Shown: positions 48,892 through 59,686, numbered from the stretch's first letter. The stretch is DNA of 64,000 nucleotides from Ignisphaera sp. (GCA_028275825.1 JAPWTX010000002.1:23206-87205); one strand, 5' to 3'. Made by a program: numbers and translations. Notes: generated by a model not told the origin, from the letters alone.

Positions 48892-50316
48892 TCACATTTG
48901 CTTAATGCATTTAAGCAGCTCTTCCTCATAAATTCTCCTAGGCTCTGCACCTACAATCTTACCATTTACAATTATAGGAACGTGCCTGTATACTGTATGA
49001 ACTACTTTGCTATGCTCATCCAAGTTAATGAGGTGGATCATACTATACCTAGCTAGTTGCTTTTTTGAAAAGAGACCCGAAACAAATTCTACTATCGAAG
49101 CCCCTTTTCGCCTTGCATAAAGCGCCAAGTCTCTAAGTCCTCTATCAATATATCTCGATGGATGATATAGGTAAAGCATTTCAGTACCGTGAAGCAGTAG
49201 AATGTCAGGGTCTCTGTCTATAACCTGTCTAAGGATTCCCATAACCTCGTAACAAGAGTATATAGAGGGATTGACACCCTGCTCAAATTTTATAAGTTCT
49301 TCAACGCTCTTAATGTCTTGACCAAGGCTCTGGGCAATGTGATGTACAAGCCTTTTCATTTCTGAACTAGGCATTCTAAAGCTTAGTAAGGCAAGATAAG
49401 CATTGCTTTTGAGTGCGAGATCCAAAAGCACTTTGAATGTCGTATAGAATACTGGAGCATCCTTCCCTACAACACCTATATATGTGCCACGTGGCATAGG
49501 ACCCCACAGAAGTTCTGAACATGGGGATTCCATGGCAGGCTTTTCAGTAAGTACAGGTATTTCTTCGAGTGGCGGGGATAAAATAATTCTTACCCCCTCA
49601 TCCTCAGCTATGGTGAACGGTATTTCAACTATTGGGATTCTCCTACCTCTAAACTTCCTCACCTCCATGAACCTTGTTATCAAACCTCTTTCAACTCTTG
49701 TCTTAAATACAAATACAGCATCAGCTATGAACTCTAAACCCCTTAGATCCACAGTCTCCTTACCGTAGGGCAGATCAGCAACTAAAATTAAAAGTCCTTG
49801 GGAGCTACGGACAAGATTATAGAGAGTGGCATGAAGATAGGATCTCGCCTCATCAGTTGTTAAGGCATTGAGCAAGGGAGTTACAGAGTCAACTACAGCA
49901 ACTCTAAAACCTTCTGAAACAATCTTTGCACTAAGAACACTTGTAACAGACTCTACAAGATCTTTTCCAGCAAATGTCGGCATGTGAATGAATTCAAATA
50001 TCCCTTTCCTCTCAAGAGTGTCTAGATCTATTCCAAACCTACCCATATACCTAAGAAACTTGTCTCTATCTTCAGCTAGACTCACATAGACACACTTTAC
50101 CCCACCACTCCTACAGTTTCTATAGAGAATCTTAGCAGCAAAGGTTGTCTTGCCAGCACCAGGATGCCCTAAGATGAGAACCATAGAACCCTCATCAAAA
50201 CCCTTTAAAAGCATCTCTAAATTATCCTCACCAATACCAAACACTTTCCAATCACCACCATATATAATGTTGTGTATTAAGTACAACAAATCTGCAAAAA
50301 CTTTTTCTTCTCTCAC
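48892..50316 (-). CDS. KaiC/RAD55-like RecA-superfamily ATPase; second domain degenerate
   Basis: GHPGAGKT, VVDS, EVRKFRG in the N domain; no Walker A in the C domain. Confidence 0.88.
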   Translation of the reverse strand: MREEKVFADLLYLIHNIIYGGDWKVFGIGEDNLEMLLKGFDEGSMVLILGHPGAGKTTFAAKILYRNCRSGGVKCVYVSLAEDRDKFLRYMGRFGIDLDTLERKGIFEFIHMPTFAGKDLVESVTSVLSAKIVSEGFRVAVVDSVTPLLNALTTDEARSYLHATLYNLVRSSQGLLILVADLPYGKETVDLRGLEFIADAVFVFKTRVERGLITRFMEVRKFRGRRIPIVEIPFTIAEDEGVRIILSPPLEEIPVLTEKPAMESPCSELLWGPMPRGTYIGVVGKDAPVFYTTFKVLLDLALKSNAYLALLSFRMPSSEMKRLVHHIAQSLGQDIKSVEELIKFEQGVNPSIYSCYEVMGILRQVIDRDPDILLLHGTEMLYLYHPSRYIDRGLRDLALYARRKGASIVEFVSGLFSKKQLARYSMIHLINLDEHSKVVHTVYRHVPIIVNGKIVGAEPRRIYEEELLKCIKQM

Positions 50317-50431
50317 ATAAAAGTTTTCATCAACAATAAGATATCTCCTATAGTATATGAATTGCTATACCGCTTACTATACGAATTAAAGGTTAAACCC
50401 TCGAATGAGAAAACAGATTTCACCTCTTTGT

Positions 50432-50983
50432 TTGAGGCTTCGCCCTTCAGGATGAAGAGGTTTTTATCAAGAATATCAGCGAGTAGGAAGGGGTTCTGGT
50501 TTCATCGGGCTTGATGTTGTTTGGTATCAAGCCCTCTCCCCTTGGCTTCACAGCCCTCAGAACCCCTCTTCATCAGGATCCATATCACTGGGCTCCACAA
50601 CTCGGGGCGACCCCTACCCACAGCCCCCTTTTCTCCGGGTCACTGCTGTGGGGTAACCCCTGCATCCTGGCTCCTCCTCAAACCCACCTCTCTTGGATCT
50701 TCGCGATATACCCGCATCTCGAGGCATCTCCCCAATAGTGGAGGGATCAACAACCCTTATAACTATATGAAAACCAAAACAGCCGCAAAAGGCTTATGGA
50801 CTTTTGCCTACAGGTAAAAATATTGATGTTGGGTGTAGACGAGTTTAGCAGGCTATGAGCCTGCACCTCCCCGGGGCTAGCGGCAGGGTCTGAAACAGTG
50901 ATGCCGCATCTGTGTGGGCTTCTGATAGATGAGGGAGATCCCATGTGTGCAGAACCTCGCCATTTATAGCGAGGAGCCGTCAG
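50432..50983 (+). mobile_element. Decayed F2 MITE (copy b) interrupted by F6b
   Basis: Degenerate left hairpin near 50432-50460; 50825-50983 matches 17530-17692 and ends GAGCCGTCAG. Confidence 0.7.
50490..50793 (-). mobile_element. Non-coding repeat family F6, copy b
   Basis: Direct match to 18773-19087. Confidence 0.88.
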
Positions 50984-51325
50984 CCGTGGCTGGGTCTGCA
51001 TCAGCTGTACATATCTGTGAATAGCTGTAAATGCATTGGCCTAGCCCTGCAACATTTTCACAAACCTCTAAAGCTTATAACAGTGTTAAACACCTAGTGC
51101 TTTCAAAACCCCTGTGAACCCGCATTGATGAGGGTTCGGCAAACTCAAAGTGCTGCCCCCAAGGTGTGGGCAAGGGGCTGAAGCAGATGAGGGGCTCTTG
51201 GGTTATGTGAAGCCCTGATAGCCCGGGCAGTGATGCTATGAAGAGCCGAACAGAGCCCGGGAACCCCCGGGCAAGATTCACAACTAACTACAGCTAATTA
51301 CAAGTAATTGCCTCGGGGAAACCCT
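50983..51325 (+). mobile_element. Non-coding repeat family F3, copy b
   Basis: Reverse-complement match to 9327-9657, with one extra 10-bp unit near the right end. Confidence 0.85.
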
Positions 51326-51477
51326 TCCAGGGATGCACTAAAGTTCATAAGCTCAGCGTTTGCACCGTTCATCATAAGTTCAGACCCGGATATCACTCAT
51401 CACAGTATTTAAGTTAGGCAAACCATAGCTGTGTCTCTGTAGATAGGTTCCTGTTAGAAGCTAAAATATGGTTTTCA

Positions 51478-52002
51478 GTGAGTGGTATGAGTATAAGGTA
51501 TGTTCCAATTCCTCCTACTCTTTTCAGAAATCTTTCGGGGTTGCAACAAAACGTATCAGCTGTTACTAATATTTCTATAGAATTGCAAAGGGCTGCAAAC
51601 TATATTTCACCATCCATGGACTATCATCAGATATCAAGCGAATTGATTGAGGTGCTCCTCATAACATTAACACTTCTACTCATTGCAATCATAGTGCTTC
51701 TATATTTTAAAAGTGGTTATGGAGTGCATGGAACTACCTCTATAGTGTTGGGAAGAAGGGAGTTTCATGAGAATTTTCCTCGCGTTAACTATGTTTACAG
51801 GGGTGTGAAGAGTGTTTTGAGAAAATACTTTACTATGTTGAGAAAAAGATTTGGGTGCTCCACATGCACACCTAGAGAAATTTCACTTAAACTTGGTTTA
51901 TTTAGAAAATTTGCAGAGGTTTACGAAGATGTTGTTTATGGGGATAAGCAGAGATTGGATGTAGATGAAGCTTTGCAGGAGGTGAGAAAAGCTGAAGAAT
52001 AA
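51478..52002 (+). CDS. DUF4129-like membrane-anchored protein
   Basis: One TM; C-terminal TPREI...FAEVYEDVVYG motif. Confidence 0.75.
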   Translation: MSGMSIRYVPIPPTLFRNLSGLQQNVSAVTNISIELQRAANYISPSMDYHQISSELIEVLLITLTLLLIAIIVLLYFKSGYGVHGTTSIVLGRREFHENFPRVNYVYRGVKSVLRKYFTMLRKRFGCSTCTPREISLKLGLFRKFAEVYEDVVYGDKQRLDVDEALQEVRKAEE

Positions 52003-52003
52003 G

Positions 52004-52969
52004 TTGTTGATAATTTCACTTCTCCTCCTCATCATATTGATATTCTCACAGACAAGAGCGCCAATAGCATATGTTGTAGAACGAGATCCCCCATCGGTAT
52101 TCAACTATGGTTCAGGAGGAATAACAATATTTTATTATAGTGAACTTGGTAAGAGAAGAGTAAGCATAGTATATAGCTTGCAAGAGCTAAGAAACTTTGA
52201 TCCACAAGACTATATACTCATGCTACTGGGTCCAGATAGCATTGTTAAAGATGTTGATTACTTGATTGAGTGGATTGATAGAGGGGGTGTAGCATTGATT
52301 GGTGATGAATTGAATTTCAGTACCGACATACTTAAGAGGCTAGGAATAGAATATGGTAACGATTTTCATGGGGTGTTTCTTGCAAGGTGTTTTCTGGGTA
52401 ATAAAACTATTGACATAATCATAGATGTTGCAAAAGAGCTTATGGCAGTAAATAGTAAAGCAAAACCTCTATGCTTCTGCATGTCAAAGCCTATAGCATA
52501 TAATGTGAGCTTGGGTAGAGGTTACGCTATTGTTGTGGGGGATTCTAGCATAGTTATAAACGAAATTTTATCGCAACCCACCTTTGCTAAAAACAATACG
52601 GAACTTGCAGAACTTGTAATTGGTAATAGGGGTTTGCTGATATATGAAGGGTCAAGAATATACACACCTGTCTATGCTCAAGCAATTGCACAGTTTATCG
52701 ATGAACTCCTAAATGGCCTGACCCAGATTCTTCGGTGGATAATTATTGAAAGGGGTGCTATAAGTTCTCTCGAATTTGCTTTGGGGGTGGTGGTTGTCTT
52801 AATGGTGTACATGCTTATAAAGTTCGGTATTCAGGAAAATCCAAAAAGATATTTAGAACAACAACGTATCACTAAAAATGTTGCTGAAGATGTTCGGAGA
52901 AGGATTTTAATAGGTGTAAGCACATGGGGGAAGTTAAAAAATGGGGTGGAGAAGGAGAAACAAATATAA
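52004..52969 (+). CDS. DUF4350-like extracellular protein
   Basis: PSVFNYGSGG, WIDRGGVALIGDE, VVGDSSIVINE motifs; flanking TMs. Confidence 0.8.
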   Translation: MLIISLLLLIILIFSQTRAPIAYVVERDPPSVFNYGSGGITIFYYSELGKRRVSIVYSLQELRNFDPQDYILMLLGPDSIVKDVDYLIEWIDRGGVALIGDELNFSTDILKRLGIEYGNDFHGVFLARCFLGNKTIDIIIDVAKELMAVNSKAKPLCFCMSKPIAYNVSLGRGYAIVVGDSSIVINEILSQPTFAKNNTELAELVIGNRGLLIYEGSRIYTPVYAQAIAQFIDELLNGLTQILRWIIIERGAISSLEFALGVVVVLMVYMLIKFGIQENPKRYLEQQRITKNVAEDVRRRILIGVSTWGKLKNGVEKEKQI

Positions 52970-53898
52970 AGTTCTATAGCACAATAATTGAGAAAGTTAT
53001 TGAGAATGTTCAGAGAAAGGTAATTGGTAAGAGGAAGGAGCTTGAGTTAATACTTGCAACACTGTTTTCAGAAGGTCATGTGCTTCTCGAGGGGGTGCCA
53101 GGAGTAGCTAAGACACTTATAGCAAAGAGCATTGCAATATCGCTTGGTTTAGACTTCAAAAGAATTCAGGCAACTCCAGATATGCTTCCATCAGATATAA
53201 TAGGGTTTATGATATTCGATGCAAAGGAATCTAGGTTTATCTTTAAGAAGGGGCCTATATTTACAAACATACTTTTTGTTGATGAGATCAACAGAGCCCC
53301 TCCAAAAACGCAAGCAGCTCTCTTAGAGGCTATGCAAGAGAGACAAGTCACTATAGAGGGAATTTCTAACCCATTGCCAAAACCATTCCTTGTAATAGCT
53401 ACCATGAATCCTATTGAAATTGAGGGCACTTTTCCACTCTCTGAAGCCCAAGTAGATAGATTCTTAGCTAAGGTTGAAATAGGGTATCCAACGCTGAGCG
53501 AAACTGTCGATATCATAAGCAGCTATGAAAAGATCTCTACATTAGATGATATGAAACCTGTTTTAACAAGAGAAGATGTGTTAAGCATGATAATGCTCAC
53601 AAAGAGTGTGTATGTAGAGCAAAATATTTTGAAGTACATAGCAGCTATAGTTGAGGCTACGAGAAGCCATCGTTATGTGAGGTTCGGCGCCTCTCCAAGG
53701 GGGGCTATAGCGCTCTACCTCCTTTCAAAGGCTATAGCACTCATTAGAGGAAGGGACTATGTAACACCAGATGATGTAAAATATGTGACATATGCAGCGC
53801 TTTCTCATAGAATCATTATGAAAGGAGAGGCAAAGGTTTCAAACATAACACCATATGATGTAATTAACGACATTTTAGAGAAGGTTGAACCTCCTTGA
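52924..53898 (+). CDS. moxR: MoxR-family AAA+ ATPase (second paralogue)
   Basis: EGVPGVAKT, TPDMLPSD, DEINRAPPKTQ, NPIEIEGTFPLSEAQVDRF. Confidence 0.96.
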   Translation: MGEVKKWGGEGETNIKFYSTIIEKVIENVQRKVIGKRKELELILATLFSEGHVLLEGVPGVAKTLIAKSIAISLGLDFKRIQATPDMLPSDIIGFMIFDAKESRFIFKKGPIFTNILFVDEINRAPPKTQAALLEAMQERQVTIEGISNPLPKPFLVIATMNPIEIEGTFPLSEAQVDRFLAKVEIGYPTLSETVDIISSYEKISTLDDMKPVLTREDVLSMIMLTKSVYVEQNILKYIAAIVEATRSHRYVRFGASPRGAIALYLLSKAIALIRGRDYVTPDDVKYVTYAALSHRIIMKGEAKVSNITPYDVINDILEKVEPP

Positions 53899-55139
53899 AG
53901 ATAACACTCCACGGAATAATAAGCTTTGCCCTATCAATAATTGCAATTATCTATGGATTCGCCATGGAAAATCTACTTCTCTATTCACTTGGTTTAGCCC
54001 TTCTACTGATTTTTTACAAGGAGTACAAGTCCTTTGGTAGAGTAAGAAAAGCCGTTGAAAAAATCTCTATTGAGAGGAAGATTGAGAGGAATGTGGTAAG
54101 CGAATTAGAGGATATAGGAGTCTCTATAACCATTGATAATAGGGGATTGGATGCTGTGCCCAGGGCTCTTGTAATGGATATACTGCCAAAATATGTAAAG
54201 GCAAGAGTTAAACCCCTGACCATAATCTCCATACCTAATCAAACCTCTGTGACCATAGATTACAAAGCTATTGTAGAAGCTCCTGGTGTGCATCAATTTG
54301 ATAGAGTAATTATAGTTGCAAGTGACTTTCTTGGGTACTTCACTGAAGAGCTTTATTATACTGCTAGAGGATATATTGTAGCACTCCCCCTAGTATCAAG
54401 AACAAGTATTGGTGTTAAGACACTGCAAAAGATTATAGGTATGAACACAATGGGAAAAGCTGTTGGTGGGCTATACGATATTGCTGAGATAAGGGAGTAT
54501 CAGCCTGGAGATAGTATTAAGAAGATTGTGTGGAGTGCTTATGCAAAAACAGGAAGACTCATGGTTAGAGATGATTATGGAGAGTCTAGAGCAAGAGTGC
54601 TGCTACTTATAGATATCAGACCCTGGGCTTGGGCCATAGGCTCTATACCAAACACATTAGCACATGTACAGTTGAGATTTGCAGCATCATTATTAACCAC
54701 TATGCTTAGAAGTGGCTTAGTCGTAGATGTAGCTATATGTAGCGAACTCATGCCAAAGGTTGTGCCTTATCAAGGGAAAGGACATGAAACTGCCCTATAT
54801 AGGATATTCTCTGTTTTGGATGCTGGCAGTGGCTGTCAATCTACAGCAAGTATTTTCACCAATGTGATTAACTATATTGGAAGAAGTGTGTTAAGCTACG
54901 ACTTAGTCGTGCTTATTACAAACCCTCTCATACTAGCTCTCGAAAACCCAGATGATGTTGCTACACTTGGAGAAGTATTTGAGAAATTGCTAATAGCAAT
55001 GCCTATGTTTAGATATGAAGAGTATTTGAGCAAGGAAAGTATTTCAAAACTCTTGAACAGTGTTGAAGAGGTGTTGGGAGGATCATTGATAGGCATAGAG
55101 TTTTCTGAAGAAGGCTTTGAGGTGAACAAGAGTGTTTAA
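53895..55139 (+). CDS. DUF58 family membrane protein
   Basis: Two N-terminal TMs; EIREYQPGDSIKKIVWSAYAKTG motif. Confidence 0.9.
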   Translation: MKITLHGIISFALSIIAIIYGFAMENLLLYSLGLALLLIFYKEYKSFGRVRKAVEKISIERKIERNVVSELEDIGVSITIDNRGLDAVPRALVMDILPKYVKARVKPLTIISIPNQTSVTIDYKAIVEAPGVHQFDRVIIVASDFLGYFTEELYYTARGYIVALPLVSRTSIGVKTLQKIIGMNTMGKAVGGLYDIAEIREYQPGDSIKKIVWSAYAKTGRLMVRDDYGESRARVLLLIDIRPWAWAIGSIPNTLAHVQLRFAASLLTTMLRSGLVVDVAICSELMPKVVPYQGKGHETALYRIFSVLDAGSGCQSTASIFTNVINYIGRSVLSYDLVVLITNPLILALENPDDVATLGEVFEKLLIAMPMFRYEEYLSKESISKLLNSVEEVLGGSLIGIEFSEEGFEVNKSV

Positions 55140-55782
55140 TCTTATTACTATTGCTTTCGCTATAGTAATCTCAATATCCATAATCTTTGACTACATAACT
55201 AGAAGTGAAACTGTACCCATAGCGTCTTTAGCTGTGGCCATAATCTCCATTGTTCTGCAAAACGTTATAGGCCTAGCAATGGCGTTGCTGGCTATACCCT
55301 TATCTAGAGTTCTAGACATAATAAAGATGATGAAGACAGGTAGGAGTATAGCATATCATTTACTATTTGATTTAGCGCCAATTGTGCTAGCTTTGCTAAC
55401 ACCTCTAGTCATTGTGGTAGTAAGCTCTAGAGTGCTCTTCATCGGGATGAGTAAATGGGTTTCAGAACTATTATTTACAACGATATTTCTTCTCTTACTA
55501 TCATCTATTATAGAACCTTCGCTTGCTATAGAGACTCTCAGCAAATGGATGTTTATAAAACCTGAAGCATTAGCAAAAATTATGCTTGTCATGGGCCACA
55601 TCATAGGATTGATATCCATTTTACTTACAATAAATATTCTTAGTCTATATGGAATATTAGCATTCTTAATATGGATATTAGCGTTATTTATAAGAAAAAG
55701 AGTCACAGCATCTCTGAAAATATCTATAGAGTTGACTCCTTACATAATAGTGCTGGTTGCAGTCTTTCTCAAGGATTTATAA
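55132..55782 (+). CDS. Multi-pass membrane protein
   Basis: Highly hydrophobic 216 aa; coupled to DUF58 gene. Confidence 0.75.
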   Translation: MFNLITIAFAIVISISIIFDYITRSETVPIASLAVAIISIVLQNVIGLAMALLAIPLSRVLDIIKMMKTGRSIAYHLLFDLAPIVLALLTPLVIVVVSSRVLFIGMSKWVSELLFTTIFLLLLSSIIEPSLAIETLSKWMFIKPEALAKIMLVMGHIIGLISILLTINILSLYGILAFLIWILALFIRKRVTASLKISIELTPYIIVLVAVFLKDL

Positions 55783-55840
55783 CGTTATTTGAAATCTGAG
55801 ATTTGCATAAAAATAAAAACCTTAACTATAAAGCCTGTTA

Positions 55841-56047
55841 ATGTACATGGTGTGCACGAATTTGAAAAGCTTCAGCACAATATATGTAATTGTTTTACTA
55901 GTATCAGGACTAGCTTTTCTTTTCACAGCCCTTTACGCTCTCTATGCAGACAGATATATTCAGGCATTAGCCTCGCTAGCCATAGGCCTTATACTGGTGA
56001 GTAGCTCTATATCTCTATTTAGAGAGTTAAAAGAACAGAAACCGTAA
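55841..56047 (+). CDS. Small two-TM protein
   Basis: Two hydrophobic helices and a charged tail; start uncertain. Confidence 0.55.
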   Translation: MYMVCTNLKSFSTIYVIVLLVSGLAFLFTALYALYADRYIQALASLAIGLILVSSSISLFRELKEQKP

Positions 56048-56259
56048 AAACATAAAACAGCAGCCAAAAGCTATTAATAACAGTTCATGGCATTACTAGG
56101 ATATTAAAGCCCTGCAGGTAAAATCCTTGATGTAACTATGAATAAATGTGAAGTGATTTGAATGAGTATCAAACAGAAATATGGTTAATATGTTCAATTC
56201 TGTAGATTTTTAGCTATAGGTGGTTGGTATATAATTAATGAAATTCTCTATTGTGTGTC

Positions 56260-57153
56260 TTATATTTGGGATTGTTTGTAGCTATATTTAGAGGTTATGG
56301 AGAGGTACAGAGCTAATATGATTAGTATAAATCCAGTTATTTGAGCAAAATCTATCTTCTCATTGATTAAAAACATGGCGAAGATGGGGGCGGAGGTTGG
56401 CTCTATTAAGCATATGGTTGAAGCTGTAGATGCAACTACGTATCTTTGTCCGTATAGCTGAAGGGCATAAGCAATAACTGATGCTACAAGCGATAAGTAG
56501 AGTAGGTGGGGCAAAACTAAGGTTATTTTGCTTATGGAGAAAGATTCAAGGAAAAACATGTCTGGTATTGATAATGTGAGTGAGGGTAGAAGCATGAAGA
56601 ATGTTGTGTCAAGAGGGTTTGTATTAGAGTATTTATCAACTAGAAGCACTTGCAAAGCCCATAGAAAAGAGCCTATTAGAATGAGGGTTTCTCCAAATCC
56701 AAATCCTCTTGCTTTCGTCATTATGTAGAGTCCTGTTAAAGCCATTAAAACCGATGCAACAAGCCTATAATCATACTTCTTACCTTTTAATGCTTCGTAA
56801 ACATGTAGATATATGAAGTAGAGATTTGTTATAAATGCTGAATTAGAGGCAGTAGTGTAAAAAGTGCCAAGTCCTTGGAGCCAAAGAGCAAGGGTATATG
56901 TAGAGCCTATTAGTATTCCTCCAATAGCTGAGTGCCTAGATAATAATCCTCTTCGGATCCTGTAAACAATGTATGGCAACATGGACAAAACAGCTAAAAG
57001 GTTCCTAACCCACACATATCTAAAGCTATTTACATAGTTCATAACAACTTTTATAATGGGAAAAGTAGATCCCCAGATCACAGAAGCTATAATGAGTGCA
57101 ATTACCCCCCACATCTTTCGTCCATAATGAGCTCTCAAGATTCTGCACCGCAA
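56260..57153 (-). CDS. DMT/EamA family transporter
   Basis: IWGSTFP, TTASNSAFI, LIEP motifs; about ten TMs. Confidence 0.92.
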   Translation of the reverse strand: MRCRILRAHYGRKMWGVIALIIASVIWGSTFPIIKVVMNYVNSFRYVWVRNLLAVLSMLPYIVYRIRRGLLSRHSAIGGILIGSTYTLALWLQGLGTFYTTASNSAFITNLYFIYLHVYEALKGKKYDYRLVASVLMALTGLYIMTKARGFGFGETLILIGSFLWALQVLLVDKYSNTNPLDTTFFMLLPSLTLSIPDMFFLESFSISKITLVLPHLLYLSLVASVIAYALQLYGQRYVVASTASTICLIEPTSAPIFAMFLINEKIDFAQITGFILIILALYLSITSKYSYKQSQI

Positions 57154-57235
57154 TAAATTATTTTAACTTTAGTGATTAGATGTATACAGATTTAAGCTAT
57201 TGGGATGAAGAAGCGCATCCTTTTATGATTGATGA

Positions 57236-58534
57236 TTGGTACGAATCCCGCTGACTCATAAGCATTTTTATCTCGTTATTTCAAACAGTTTTGATTGGTG
57301 TTTTGGGATGGGAATACCTAGAAGTGATTTGGAGTGGGGTCTAGAAGCGCTTTCAAACATGATCTCTATACCCACAGTTAATCCGCCCGGCGAAAACTTT
57401 GATAAATTCTCAAGATATGTAGCTAGCGTGTTAAAGGATATTGGTATGGAAGTAGAGGTTGTAGAGGTGCCAAGAAGTATTGTTGAGGCTGTGTGTAGGG
57501 AATGTGCACAGCATCCAAGATACATAATCTTAGGTAGAGCCGGCTCAGGCAAACCTGTTGTACAGTTTAATGGACACTATGATGTTGTACCCCCTGGTAG
57601 TGGTTGGTCCTCAGACCCATTTTTACCCAGGGTTTCAGGGGATAGATTATATGGAAGGGGATCTGTTGATATGAAGGGAGGCATAGCAGCGTCAATGATT
57701 GCTGTAAAGTCATTTCTATCCAAATACAGAGAGTTTGGGGGAACAGTGGAAATAGCACTCGTACCAGATGAAGAGATAGGTGGGGAGAGTGGTACTGGCT
57801 ACCTCGTAAAGCACATATCAAAACCTGATTACGCAATAATTGCAGAGCCCAGTGGTTTAAAGTCGATGTGGATTGGGCATAAGGGAGCTGTTTGGGGATT
57901 TGTAGAGGTGTTTGGAAAGCAAGCACATGGCTCAACACCTTGGAGAGGTGTAAATGCTTTTGAGTACATGGCGAAAATAGCATTAGAATTTGTTAATGAG
58001 TATAGAAGGGTGCTGAGCAACAGAAAGAGTAGTTATGACTATGGAGATGTAGAGGGGGTTAGACCAACAATAAATGTTGGGGGTGAGGTTAGAGGCTCTA
58101 CAAAGACTAATATAGTTCCAGGTTACTACGCCTTCTCATTTGATAGAAGGGTTATACCAGAGGAGAAGATTGATGATGTTGAGAAGGAGATTGAAATGCT
58201 TGTAAACAAAGTTTCCTTAAATTACCCTGAGGTCAAGGTGAGGCTATCCATAACAAGCAGATCGCCACCAGCACTCACAAGCCCAGACTCAACAGTAGTG
58301 AAGATTCTTAGCAAAGCTGTAAGAGAGGTTTTGGGCTTTGAACCAAGGCTCGTAGTGTGTTTAGGGGGGCTTGATCTCCACTACTATAGGGAACAAGGTG
58401 TAGAGGCAATAGCTTACGGCCCTGGACCCGATGAAAATGCTCATATAGTTAACGAGTATGTTTTGATGAGTGAAGTAGAGGCTGTAGCCAAGGTCTATCT
58501 AGCAATGCTAAAAGCTATGCTTTTACCCAGCTAA
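57236..58534 (+). CDS. M20 family metallohydrolase (DapE/ArgE-like); true start probably 57308
   Basis: NGHYDVVP, GRGSVDMKGG, DEEIGG, AEP, HGSTP, AHIVNEY. Confidence 0.93.
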   Translation: MVRIPLTHKHFYLVISNSFDWCFGMGIPRSDLEWGLEALSNMISIPTVNPPGENFDKFSRYVASVLKDIGMEVEVVEVPRSIVEAVCRECAQHPRYIILGRAGSGKPVVQFNGHYDVVPPGSGWSSDPFLPRVSGDRLYGRGSVDMKGGIAASMIAVKSFLSKYREFGGTVEIALVPDEEIGGESGTGYLVKHISKPDYAIIAEPSGLKSMWIGHKGAVWGFVEVFGKQAHGSTPWRGVNAFEYMAKIALEFVNEYRRVLSNRKSSYDYGDVEGVRPTINVGGEVRGSTKTNIVPGYYAFSFDRRVIPEEKIDDVEKEIEMLVNKVSLNYPEVKVRLSITSRSPPALTSPDSTVVKILSKAVREVLGFEPRLVVCLGGLDLHYYREQGVEAIAYGPGPDENAHIVNEYVLMSEVEAVAKVYLAMLKAMLLPS

Positions 58535-59537
58535 AAACCTCTTTTCCCAGCGCCTCTCTAGAAGCTTTCCTAACAGCTTCTCTAGAGGAGAGTTTTGGTT
58601 TCCATCCTATAACGCTTTTAATTTTGGATATGTCAAGAAGCATAAGCTTTACATCACCAGGCCATCCACGCCCATCAGGCATAGTCATTACATACCTGTA
58701 TTGCACATTCTTTAAACCCATTTCCTCTACAACAATATCAGCAATTTCTTTCACAGTCACCCAATCCTCATTACCAATGTTAAACACGTGAAAGTTCCTC
58801 ACCTTTTCAACATAGCGTAGAGTAGCTATGGTAGCTTCTACAGCGTCTGAAACATGTAAGTAGCTCTTTCTCTGCATTCCGTCACCAAGAATTTCAAGTA
58901 CTTGCGGGCTAAGTTTGAGCTTATTTATAAAATCAATTATAACTCCATGACCAGATCTATATCCAATTATATTTGCATATCTACCAACAGCTGTATTAAA
59001 TCCGTAGAGCTTTGAATAAGTATAGTAGAGGAGTTCACAAGCTGCCTTAGAAGCTCCATAAACTGATATAGGCTTTAAGGGGTGGTCTTCGGGAGTAGGT
59101 ATCTTTTCTGCATCACCATAAACTGTAGAGGAGCTGGCAAAGAAATGTAGCTTCACATCACCTTTCCTCGAAGCCTCCAATACATTAAACGTTGCAACAA
59201 CATTTTCATCAAAATGGATTCTTGGTTCTACAGAAGAAATTCTAACCTCAGGGTTTGCTGCAAAATGTAATACCACGTCTGCATCCTTAAATAGCTCAAC
59301 CCATGATAAATCAAAATGCTTTAAATCAGCCTTAACCAGCCTGAAGTAGCTTTTACCAATATGATGCTCGATATTTTTAATAGAACCGCTACTAAAATTA
59401 TCTATAACCACGACTTCACTAGCTAGGGATAGTGCAACAATGTGGTCAACAACATGACTTCCAATAAACCCTGCACCACCAGTAACAATAACTTTTCTCC
59501 AACGTTTCTGTATATCACTAACCATGTACTTCACCAA
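58515..59537 (-). CDS. NAD-dependent epimerase/dehydratase (UDP-glucose 4-epimerase-like)
   Basis: VTGGAGFIGSH, SSSTVYG, YGASK, RYAN, WPGD. Confidence 0.95.
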   Translation of the reverse strand: MVKYMVSDIQKRWRKVIVTGGAGFIGSHVVDHIVALSLASEVVVIDNFSSGSIKNIEHHIGKSYFRLVKADLKHFDLSWVELFKDADVVLHFAANPEVRISSVEPRIHFDENVVATFNVLEASRKGDVKLHFFASSSTVYGDAEKIPTPEDHPLKPISVYGASKAACELLYYTYSKLYGFNTAVGRYANIIGYRSGHGVIIDFINKLKLSPQVLEILGDGMQRKSYLHVSDAVEATIATLRYVEKVRNFHVFNIGNEDWVTVKEIADIVVEEMGLKNVQYRYVMTMPDGRGWPGDVKLMLLDISKIKSVIGWKPKLSSREAVRKASREALGKEVFSWVKA

Positions 59538-59686
59538 GCCTCTGCTTAATGAAATCCTTACTTATAAATGTTGCTGTTAACACATCCCAATGAGTGGATA
59601 CAGAATATGTATATCTCGTCATGATTCAGAACAAATCTTGCTTAAAGAGCAAGAAATGATCCAAAAATGTTGTGTAAAAATTTTTG

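Noticed and set aside
51255-51272. GCCCGGGAACCCCCGGGC as a possible attR copy of the tRNA-Arg 3' end
   Set aside because: The match is short and imperfect and is an internal F3 hairpin
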